A stretch of 62,655 nt of DNA, filler included. It is 4 parts of 4 records of this genome, joined end to end, with 100 filler letters (N's around TTAATTAATTAA, not from the genome) between each part and the next. Parts side by side here need not be neighbours in the genome. Positions count along the whole stretch, not along the records: positions 12,381 to 35,782 come from SRR20825006_1316; positions 35,883 to 53,701 come from SRR20825006_1334; 2 more parts are not named here. The stretch is one strand, 5' to 3'. The notes beneath the pieces are model-generated. The model saw only the letters and a program-made list of their open reading frames with translations. It was not told the origin of the DNA and searched no databases. The position numbers were made by a program, and so were the translations under genes. The first letter of the stretch is position 1. Each line of letters opens with the position of its first letter. Below are positions 29,600 to 37,190 of this stretch, piece by piece.

Positions 29600-32521
29600 C
29601 TATTTACCAATTAGGATAAATGGTGCCCAATAAACGGGATGATTGTAATAGGGATGTTGAAGCATTGAAAGCTTTGCATCCCTTATTGCTTTAGCCTTGT
29701 AATCGAACAAAGGCGCTTGGTAAGAATCAAAATAGTAAAGAGTTTTATCCCACCAAGTAAAGTCGCTGCTTTCATAGAGGTTAATATTCTCGTAAAATTT
29801 ACCCATTAATTGAGCTGTGCTTCTATCGTAAATACTCCAAAGGCTTACTAAAACAGAAGAAGCTCCAGCCTTTAAGAAAGACCGCTGTAAGCCCAACAGT
29901 CCCTCTCCCGCAATCACTTTGCCAAAGCCAGTATTACAAGCGCTTAACACAACCAGATCTGCATTCAGAGTTAGCGAGCTGATTTCCATGCTATTTAGAA
30001 AACCATCTTCCCCAAATGAATTTTCAGCAGCATTACTACTAGCTAGAAGAAGTCCACTTTGAAGCGGGTTTTCTTCGTTTACCAATGCATGCGATGCGAA
30101 ATGGATGTACTTGAAACTAGATAAGTCGAGTCGCTTGAAATCTTCTTCATAAATAATGCCTTCATTAAGCAAAACTTTGGAGTCAAAATGGATGGAGATA
30201 GAGTCAACTTCTAGTAAAGAAGCAGGAAGCGAGGAAAGAGAGTTTCTTTTATTAGCTGTTGAGAAGTTGGTTGAAGGCTGAAGCCCCGAAGCAGCAAGGG
30301 CTAATAATTCTTGCGAAGTTTTCCGATGTGGGTTTTGTATGTAATTATATACCGTAGCAGAAGGAAGGTATTTAAAATTGAAATCTTCAATTAGATACTT
30401 ATTATCTCGGATTAGAGCATCAAACGGAAGTAATGCAATGCCTTGGTCTGGTACGATTAAAATTTGACTTATATGAGCGTTCTGTTCTATAAATGGTGCA
30501 AGTAGTTTTTTATAGATAGGCTGGGATAAATTCTTGAGTATTTGTCTGTCGGCTATATGCTCAATAGCGGTTTTAAATTCCTCAATTTGTTTGTTTACAA
30601 TTTCTGAGGCAGAATTGGAGTCAAATTCAATTAAACGATAGGAATAGCCTTGTTTAGTAATCCAAAAAGCCATTAATGTGTTACCAGAGAAAGCATATTC
30701 TATAATAGCAGTTCTATCGTCGCAGAGTTCAGTAAGATCATTCAGAGAAATAACATTCGGAATTTCAAGTTCTTTGAGCTCTTTATGAGCTAGACGCACC
30801 TTATTTATGGTACTTTGGTAGTCGAACTCGACCATATTAATCTGTTGCTTTAAACTAGACATTAAGGAGCTGTCTTGGAGAGATTCAAGTTCTCGATATA
30901 GCTGATCTATAGCGCGTTCTTTCTGTTTAATCTCGAGTAAAGTAGGTTCATCAACAATAGCAGCAATCTGGGAGTTTGAAAGGGAAAGATTATCCAAAAG
31001 AACTCTAGACTTTCCCTTCTCAATTAAAGTGAAGGCTTTTTCAGGGTCTGATTTCCTGGAAAGATACCAATAACCAACTTCGTTATAGAACCGCGCAAAA
31101 TCTCTAAATAAGGAAGTTTGTAGATTATCTCCGTAGATGTTGTTTCTAATGCGCTCAATCTCATCAAATGCTTTATCAGCATAATAAAAAGCACTGTCCG
31201 AACCCGTTAAATAGAAAGCTCTCGAAAGGTCAGCAAGATATTCATTGAGCTTATACCCCTTAAAAAGGGACGCCTTACTATATGATTTCTTTGAAAAAGT
31301 AAGCGCCAAGTCATATCGCTTAAGCGTAGAGTATACTTTTGCTAACGCTGATAGCGATTGAGCTTGGAGCTGTTTCGATTCCGTTTCTGCAGAAAGTTCT
31401 ACTGCCTTTTTTGAATAAGAGAGCGCAGCATCATAATTTTGAGCTTCTAATTCTAAGTCAGCCCTTTTTAGGTAAACATCAATAATACGAAGTGGCTCCT
31501 TATACCCTTCAAACAATACTAATGCCTCATTAAAGAAAGTGCGTGCGACCTCAAACTCATCTTTTCTTTGATAAATTTCAGCAATTCTCACTAATGCAAC
31601 GGGGTTATGAAAGGCATATTCTTTTCGTAACTGCTGGCTATAATTGTAGTAGCTCAATGCTTTTTCATACTCTCCTAAAGCAAAATAAACCGATCCAATT
31701 TTATCATTCCCTGAAATTATTTTAATGATATTTCCAGTGTCTTTAATTAAGTCTAAATACATGGAGTAATACGTTAGAGCTTTATCGTAATCTCCTTTTC
31801 GCCTATAAAATTCGCCAAGCGATGTATAGTCTTCAGATATTAAATCTTTGTTGTCGATTTTAATTTTAAGGGCTAACGATTTAAAGAGAATTTTTTCGGC
31901 TTTATCCACAAACCCAAGGTAATTGTAAGCCACATATTGATTATTAAGAGACATCGCTAGCTGGAAATTATCCCCAATTTTTGTAAATGCTTCTACCGCA
32001 GTTGTTGCATATTCCACGGAAGAGCTATATAAACCCATTGCGAATGTAAGTGTAGACATAGAGTTACTAACTTGAGCAATTCTATATTCATCACCAGATG
32101 CTTTTGCAAGCTCGAATGCTTTTTGGTATTGAATCAGGGCTTCGTGATTATTTCTAACACGCTTTGTCACCCAGCCCATATTACTTTTAACATAAGCCTG
32201 CAATTCTAAAGAAATTTCGTTGGTAAGGGCTGAGTCTGCTTTATTTACCCATTCAAAGCCTTGAAGTAGTTCGCCTTGATCCATTAGAGAGGCACCATAA
32301 CCAACCGCAGCAATAATCCAATCTCTATTGTTTTTATCGGAGGAAAATTTGCCCATAGCTTCTAAGTAAATCTTAGCTGAGGCTTTATAGTCTGCAGTAC
32401 GATACACTTTATTACCAAGCGACAAAAGGGAGTCGTATTCAGCGCTAGCATATTGCGCGCTCGCACTTGGGCAATAGAAAAGGGCCAAGAATAAAATGAA
32501 AAAGGAAGCCCGATTTACCAT
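29600..32521 (-). CDS. Exported TPR-CHAT (caspase/HetF-like) protease
   Basis: Signal peptide MVNRASFFILFLALFYCPSASA; about 10 TPRs; EKGKSRVLLD; CHAT motifs IVPD, LPFDAL, HFASHA (His), LSACNTG (Cys), SLWSI and HPVYWAPF. Confidence 0.93.
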   Translation of the reverse strand: MVNRASFFILFLALFYCPSASAQYASAEYDSLLSLGNKVYRTADYKASAKIYLEAMGKFSSDKNNRDWIIAAVGYGASLMDQGELLQGFEWVNKADSALTNEISLELQAYVKSNMGWVTKRVRNNHEALIQYQKAFELAKASGDEYRIAQVSNSMSTLTFAMGLYSSSVEYATTAVEAFTKIGDNFQLAMSLNNQYVAYNYLGFVDKAEKILFKSLALKIKIDNKDLISEDYTSLGEFYRRKGDYDKALTYYSMYLDLIKDTGNIIKIISGNDKIGSVYFALGEYEKALSYYNYSQQLRKEYAFHNPVALVRIAEIYQRKDEFEVARTFFNEALVLFEGYKEPLRIIDVYLKRADLELEAQNYDAALSYSKKAVELSAETESKQLQAQSLSALAKVYSTLKRYDLALTFSKKSYSKASLFKGYKLNEYLADLSRAFYLTGSDSAFYYADKAFDEIERIRNNIYGDNLQTSLFRDFARFYNEVGYWYLSRKSDPEKAFTLIEKGKSRVLLDNLSLSNSQIAAIVDEPTLLEIKQKERAIDQLYRELESLQDSSLMSSLKQQINMVEFDYQSTINKVRLAHKELKELEIPNVISLNDLTELCDDRTAIIEYAFSGNTLMAFWITKQGYSYRLIEFDSNSASEIVNKQIEEFKTAIEHIADRQILKNLSQPIYKKLLAPFIEQNAHISQILIVPDQGIALLPFDALIRDNKYLIEDFNFKYLPSATVYNYIQNPHRKTSQELLALAASGLQPSTNFSTANKRNSLSSLPASLLEVDSISIHFDSKVLLNEGIIYEEDFKRLDLSSFKYIHFASHALVNEENPLQSGLLLASSNAAENSFGEDGFLNSMEISSLTLNADLVVLSACNTGFGKVIAGEGLLGLQRSFLKAGASSVLVSLWSIYDRSTAQLMGKFYENINLYESSDFTWWDKTLYYFDSYQAPLFDYKAKAIRDAKLSMLQHPYYNHPVYWAPFILIGK

Positions 32522-32547
32522 AAGAATTTTTTTCTTACTTAGTTTTA
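32519..32547 (+). promoter_or_regulatory. Putative ECF-type promoter for the micropeptide
   Basis: CATAAG-N16-AGTTTTA, same spacing as and 9 identical positions with the motif at 26545-26573. Confidence 0.3.
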
Positions 32548-32615
32548 GAAAACGATAGTATCGTTCAAATATATTCCGTTGTTTGCTAACTAACAAAATA
32601 TAGGTAGGAGTACAA

Positions 32616-32741
32616 ATGGCTTATAGATTAAGCAAAATAAAAACAAAAAAATACAACATGCCTGATGGAACTGGCGGTAACGGCGGCGGTGACGACGGCA
32701 GCGAAAAACCTGGTGCGGGAGAAGGCGGTGTTGGCGGTTGA
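32616..32741 (+). CDS. Unannotated 41-aa micropeptide MAYRLSKIKTKKYNMPDGTGGNGGGDDGSEKPGAGEGGVGG
   Basis: AGGAG (32606-32610) 5 nt before the ATG; GC-rich Gly codons in AT-rich DNA; TGA 13 nt before a bidirectional terminator. Confidence 0.7.
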   Translation: MAYRLSKIKTKKYNMPDGTGGNGGGDDGSEKPGAGEGGVGG

Positions 32742-32754
32742 AGCTAAAGTTCAT

Positions 32755-32792
32755 AAAGCCTCTTTTTGCCGTTAATGGTAAAAAGAGGCTTT
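32755..32792. terminator. Bidirectional intrinsic terminator between the micropeptide and ftsY
   Basis: AAAGCCTCTTTTTGCC-GTTAAT-GGTAAAAAGAGGCTTT. Confidence 0.8.
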
Positions 32793-33744
32793 ACTCTCCA
32801 AAAAGCGCATTTACAAAACTTTCACGATCGAAAATCTGTAAGTCTTCTATTTTCTCACCAAGTCCTATATATTTTACAGGAACATTGAGCTCATGAGAAA
32901 TTCCAATAACAATCCCACCTTTCGCTGTTCCGTCTAACTTAGTAAGTGCTAATCCAGTAATATCTACTGCTTCAGTAAAAGCTTTGGCTTGCTGCAATGC
33001 ATTCTGCCCCGTAGAGCCATCAAGAACTAGAATTACCTCGTGAGGAGCATCAGGTATAACTTTACTCATTACACGTTTTATTTTAGATAGCTCATCCATC
33101 AGAACTTTCTTGTTGTGTAAACGGCCAGCGGTATCTATTAATACTACTTCCGATCCACGGGCTACAGCTGAAGAAACAGTGTCGAACGCTACAGAAGCTG
33201 GGTCTGCATTTTGCCCTTGCTGTACAATTGGCACATCAGCCCGCTCACTCCATATAATAAGTTGGTCTACTGCGGCTGCTCTAAAGGTATCAGCAGCACC
33301 TAGTAATACTTTTTTCCCTGCCATTTTATACTGATGGGCAAGTTTACCGATAGTCGTTGTTTTGCCAACACCATTCACCCCCACGATAAGAACGACGTGT
33401 GGAGTGGACTCAAACTGGGCGTTAAATTCTGCGGGTTTATTGGCTTCATTTTCTTTTAAAAGGCCAATAATTTCCTCTCTAAGAATTCTTTGAAGCTCGC
33501 CCTGTGATACAAACTTATCTTTAGCTACACGTGCTTCTATACGGCGAATAATCTCAAGAGTGGTGGCTACACCTACATCAGAAGTAATTAGAATTTCTTC
33601 TAATTGATCTAGTGTTTCATCATCAACACGATCTTTACCAACAAAGGCTTTACTAAGCTTGTTTAAAATTCCTTGGCGACTTTTTTCAACTCCCTTTTCG
33701 AGAGTTTCTTTCTTCTTTAAGCCAATTTTCTTAAAAAATCCCAT
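32791..33744 (-). CDS. ftsY: Signal recognition particle receptor FtsY
   Basis: GVNGVGKTTT, DTFRAAA, DTAGR and TKLDGTAKGG motifs. Confidence 0.98.
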   Translation of the reverse strand: MGFFKKIGLKKKETLEKGVEKSRQGILNKLSKAFVGKDRVDDETLDQLEEILITSDVGVATTLEIIRRIEARVAKDKFVSQGELQRILREEIIGLLKENEANKPAEFNAQFESTPHVVLIVGVNGVGKTTTIGKLAHQYKMAGKKVLLGAADTFRAAAVDQLIIWSERADVPIVQQGQNADPASVAFDTVSSAVARGSEVVLIDTAGRLHNKKVLMDELSKIKRVMSKVIPDAPHEVILVLDGSTGQNALQQAKAFTEAVDITGLALTKLDGTAKGGIVIGISHELNVPVKYIGLGEKIEDLQIFDRESFVNALFGE

Positions 33745-33754
33745 ACTTGAACTG

Positions 33755-34372
33755 TTAGTTGAATTTTGCTCCGGTCATAATCTTACGGTAGCGGTTAAAA
33801 TAATCAATAAAAGAAATTGCCATGATAATAGTAGATAGAATAAGCAAAACGTTGTGAATTTGGATGGCGTCTCTATAGAAAAAAACTGAAATCCAGTATA
33901 ATGCCAGAATATTAACGGCAATTTTCCCCGACATTGTAGACATCGCTACTTTGCCATATTTAACTTTTATAAACGATGAGCCACACATTATTAACGTATC
34001 GCGAATTACATTTACAACTAGGAACCATAACGGAATCCAGCCGATCCAAACGGTATAAACAAAAAGTATAACTGCACAAAGTTTATCTGAAACTGGATCT
34101 ATAACTTTCCCAACTTCTGAGATAGTATTAGTCTTGCGCGCCACTAGCCCGTCAAGGTAATCCGAAATTCCAATGTAGCAAATAAGCGCAATAATCATCC
34201 AGTTATAACGCATCTCATTTTGATAATGGAGATATACAACTGGGAAAGCAATTATGAAGCGTGAAAACGAGATAAGGTTAGAAAAAGTAATGACTTTTCC
34301 CGACACTCTTACAGCCTTCCCATCTATGTTTTCAAATGAAACCAAACGAACCAAATTATTTGCGATATTCAC
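33755..34372 (-). CDS. CDP-alcohol phosphatidyltransferase (PgsA-like)
   Basis: SDYLDGLVAR...GKVIDPVSDK motif. Confidence 0.9.
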   Translation of the reverse strand: MNIANNLVRLVSFENIDGKAVRVSGKVITFSNLISFSRFIIAFPVVYLHYQNEMRYNWMIIALICYIGISDYLDGLVARKTNTISEVGKVIDPVSDKLCAVILFVYTVWIGWIPLWFLVVNVIRDTLIMCGSSFIKVKYGKVAMSTMSGKIAVNILALYWISVFFYRDAIQIHNVLLILSTIIMAISFIDYFNRYRKIMTGAKFN

Positions 34373-34407
34373 CGTAAAGTTACACCCATTGAAAACATAA
34401 AACCAAT

Positions 34408-34974
34408 ATGATTAAAACGAACTTACTGGTAGAAAAAACCAAAGACTCAGCAGAGGTGTTTAATGGAAAGCTGCTACATGTTTTTTCTGACATTGCAGAA
34501 CTACCAAATGGTGAAAGCTCTACAAGAGAATGGATTAAACATCCTGGCGCGTGTGCCATTGTCCCTATTTTTACTAATGGAGATGTACTAATGATAAATC
34601 AGTTCAGATATCCAATGAAACAGCTTTTCTTGGAAATTCCCGCTGGGAAAATTGACGTAGGTGAATCTCAAGATGAAACCGCAACCAGAGAGCTTTTAGA
34701 AGAAACTGGGTTAATTGCGAAAAATATGCACTATGTGGGCCATTTTTACCCAGCAATTGGATATGCAGATGAAGTGATACACATTTACGTAGCGTTAGAT
34801 TTAGAACAAACAGAGATGCAAACAGATGTCGATGAGTTTGTTTTAAGTGAGCGATTACCGTTCAAAAAAACACTTGAAATGATTGATTCAGGAGAAATTA
34901 ACGACGGTAAGACGATTGTGTGCTTACACCGAGTTAACGGATGGCTAAGGCAGCATTCCCTCAGCTTTGGCTAA
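34408..34974 (+). CDS. NUDIX hydrolase (ADP-ribose pyrophosphatase-like)
   Basis: QFRYP, EIPAG and Nudix box GKIDVGESQDETATRELLEETG. Confidence 0.92.
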   Translation: MIKTNLLVEKTKDSAEVFNGKLLHVFSDIAELPNGESSTREWIKHPGACAIVPIFTNGDVLMINQFRYPMKQLFLEIPAGKIDVGESQDETATRELLEETGLIAKNMHYVGHFYPAIGYADEVIHIYVALDLEQTEMQTDVDEFVLSERLPFKKTLEMIDSGEINDGKTIVCLHRVNGWLRQHSLSFG

Positions 34975-35232
34975 CTCAAATAAGCTAGTATGTAAATCAT
35001 TTTTATCGATATCACCTCGGCGAGCTAGTTCTTCAATTTCAATATTGTTGAGCATGAAAATACAACCAGCTTGATCTAGAGCAGTATCGAAGTGGCGAGG
35101 ATCCACTAAACGAAGTTTTTCCAAATCTATGCCATTTGGGCTTATTAATTTATTTACCAGTACTATAAAGATATCGTCTGGCTGATCTCCGAATGAGAGC
35201 TCTTCGAGCCCTGTTTGTTTAATTGTTAGCAT
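34945..35232 (-). CDS. Hypothetical protein, overlapping and probably translationally coupled to the HTH gene
   Basis: 95 aa; start overlaps the end of the upstream HTH gene. Confidence 0.6.
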   Translation of the reverse strand: MLTIKQTGLEELSFGDQPDDIFIVLVNKLISPNGIDLEKLRLVDPRHFDTALDQAGCIFMLNNIEIEELARRGDIDKNDLHTSLFELAKAEGMLP

Positions 35233-35632
35233 ACTTTTCTATAAAATCTCGTGCTTTAATAATCTCGCTAATTTCGGAAGTTTCTTTGTTAATTACCTGA
35301 ACTTGAAATAAACTAATAATGGCTTGCTCGCTTAATATCTGAAGAACTTCTTCAATAGTGTCACATTCTTCGGTTTCACTCACTAAATCATTAATCCCTT
35401 GAACTACATATTTAAGAGAGTGTTTTTTTGGCTTAGATGTGCTTGTGATTTCTTGTGGTTCTTCAAAGTATTCGCGCATGGCGTCTTCAGTAACAAACCA
35501 GCTAACGCCCAATTTTCTTCCTCTAATTCGGCCTTCTCTTAAGTATGCACGGAGCGTCATTTTTGAAATTCCAAGCATCTCGTGCAGGTCATCAATAGAG
35601 TAGAGCGTTAATTGTCCAATATTTTTAGGCAT
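35219..35632 (-). CDS. Excisionase-like (HTH_17) DNA-binding protein with a C-terminal extension
   Basis: LYSIDDLHEMLGISKMTLRAYLREGRIRGRKLGVSWFV. Confidence 0.82.
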   Translation of the reverse strand: MPKNIGQLTLYSIDDLHEMLGISKMTLRAYLREGRIRGRKLGVSWFVTEDAMREYFEEPQEITSTSKPKKHSLKYVVQGINDLVSETEECDTIEEVLQILSEQAIISLFQVQVINKETSEISEIIKARDFIEKYANN

Positions 35633-35657
35633 AAAAAAAGATATTAATATATATTAG

Positions 35658-35688
35658 TAGTTTATTATTTACATAAAATAATAAACTA
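35658..35688. promoter_or_regulatory. Perfect 13-bp inverted repeat upstream of the HTH gene (candidate operator)
   Basis: TAGTTTATTATTT-ACATA-AAATAATAAACTA. Confidence 0.5.
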
Positions 35689-35782
35689 AATAGTGTTTAT
35701 CTAACATTAGTTATACAATATGAATTAGATTTGGCTAGCCTCTACTTAGTGTCGTATATTGGTGACAGTTGATTGAAAAACA

Positions 35783-35882
35783 NNNNNNNNNNNNNNNNNN
35801 NNNNNNNNNNNNNNNNNNNNNNNNNNTTAATTAATTAANNNNNNNNNNNNNNNNNNNNNNNNNNNNNNNNNNNNNNNNNNNN
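35783..35882. other. Artificial contig spacer
   Basis: N44-TTAATTAATTAA-N44. Confidence 0.99.
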
Positions 35883-35929
35883 TGCATACCCTGCGGGATA
35901 CGCACCATACACAAACCGTTAGTGGTAAT
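35883..35929 (+). repeat. 3' part of an attC-like cassette-boundary repeat (contig breaks inside it)
   Basis: Imperfect hairpin TGCATACC-CTGCG-GGATACGCA, then CCATACACAAACC-GTTAGTG-GTAAT, 18 nt before an ORF. Confidence 0.45.
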
Positions 35930-35946
35930 GATACCCAGAATAAAAA

Positions 35947-36471
35947 ATGCTCAGTAACTTAACATATAAAGTTGTTGCCTACGGTTACGTAGATTGGCTA
36001 AATTCTGATGAAGTAATAGATTGGGCATTTGACATGTTGGATTTGAATTTCACGGTCCCATCTCTTTACATAATCGCTAGTATTGAAAAAAGTTCTCCAT
36101 TTTACGAAGTAATTCCTTACTTGGAAGACGCAATAAACGAATTAGGACTAAAAAGAAAAACCGAAGAGGAAGCACTTGTAAGTTATAGTAGGTTTTATGT
36201 GAATCAAATAGCTAATCAACAACATGTTAGACAAAACATAAAGTTATTAAGTGAATTGTGTATACACGAAGATTATGCTGACCAGATTTACGATTTTTAC
36301 AATCTTCATTTCGCTTGGATGGATTATGAATATGATCCGAACTATCCATTCAGTCATTATTGGGAAGGGGCAACGGCCAAAAATATTGAGCGCAAATGTA
36401 TTGAGCATTCCGAAAGATGGTTAGCGAAGTATGAGGAGCAGTATAAACAAACTGAAATTAAACTTACTTAA
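35947..36471 (+). CDS. Hypothetical protein (cassette-like)
   Basis: 174-aa ORF, AT-rich codon usage, no recognisable motif. Confidence 0.7.
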   Translation: MLSNLTYKVVAYGYVDWLNSDEVIDWAFDMLDLNFTVPSLYIIASIEKSSPFYEVIPYLEDAINELGLKRKTEEEALVSYSRFYVNQIANQQHVRQNIKLLSELCIHEDYADQIYDFYNLHFAWMDYEYDPNYPFSHYWEGATAKNIERKCIEHSERWLAKYEEQYKQTEIKLT

Positions 36472-36543
36472 TTGAAAAAATGAGTGATGTAACAAATATT
36501 ATATTGTCATTTTCCGTCGCAGAAATTGAAAGCAGCAGAATTA

Positions 36544-37116
36544 ATGAAATACACACTAACCATAATTATCATTTTAATCTCTGTATCATTCAGTATAGCG
36601 CAGCGAGATGAAGCATGGGTTGACTCGGTAAAATTGGAAGCAAAAAATTTCTTCAAAAAAGTTTCTAAAATTGAACTTATAGAATTGAAGTCATATTGCA
36701 GTATCAAAAAATATCCTTCACGATTTTTCAGAATCCCAAGAAAATATGAAAGCTGTTATGAATCATCCATTATTAGAGAAAACTCAGAATTGGATTCAAC
36801 GCACATTGGTAAAAGAACAGAATTACAGAAAACTCAATTTGACAACTTATTCAACATACTCTATAATTCTGAATCATCTAATTCTAGAGCTGCTTGCTAT
36901 AATCCAAGACACGGAATAATTTTTTACGACACAAAAGGATCAATAATTGGTTTTCTTGAGATTTGTTTTGAATGCAATAGGATATACTCATTTCCAAACA
37001 CTCCAAATCTTGGTCCACCAATTCGTGAAAGATTTAATGAGCTTAAAAGGTTTTTTCCGTCCAGTAGAGAGGATAAAAAATGTTCAATGAAAACACATAC
37101 TTATTCATTTTTCTGA
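36544..37116 (+). CDS. Exported hypothetical protein with CYNPRHGIIFY...EICFEC motif
   Basis: Signal peptide MKYTLTIIIILISVSFSIA; Cys-containing C-terminal motif. Confidence 0.7.
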   Translation: MKYTLTIIIILISVSFSIAQRDEAWVDSVKLEAKNFFKKVSKIELIELKSYCSIKKYPSRFFRIPRKYESCYESSIIRENSELDSTHIGKRTELQKTQFDNLFNILYNSESSNSRAACYNPRHGIIFYDTKGSIIGFLEICFECNRIYSFPNTPNLGPPIRERFNELKRFFPSSREDKKCSMKTHTYSFF

Positions 37117-37190
37117 TAAATTTTAAATAAACCGAACTCATTTGCGTTACCAATCAATGATTTTAAGTTATAACCAAAACTTCTACTGAA

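Noticed and set aside
29600-32521. TPR-CHAT as a type III-E CRISPR Csx29 (Craspase)
   Set aside because: No cas genes or repeat-spacer array anywhere in the window, and the protein has a signal peptide
32616-32741. Micropeptide as a RiPP or bacteriocin precursor
   Set aside because: No modifying enzyme or peptidase-ABC exporter nearby and no canonical double-glycine leader motif
32590-32754. Minus-strand Arg/His-rich ORF overlapping the micropeptide
   Set aside because: No RBS, begins immediately after the ftsY terminator, and its composition is explained as the antisense of Gly codons
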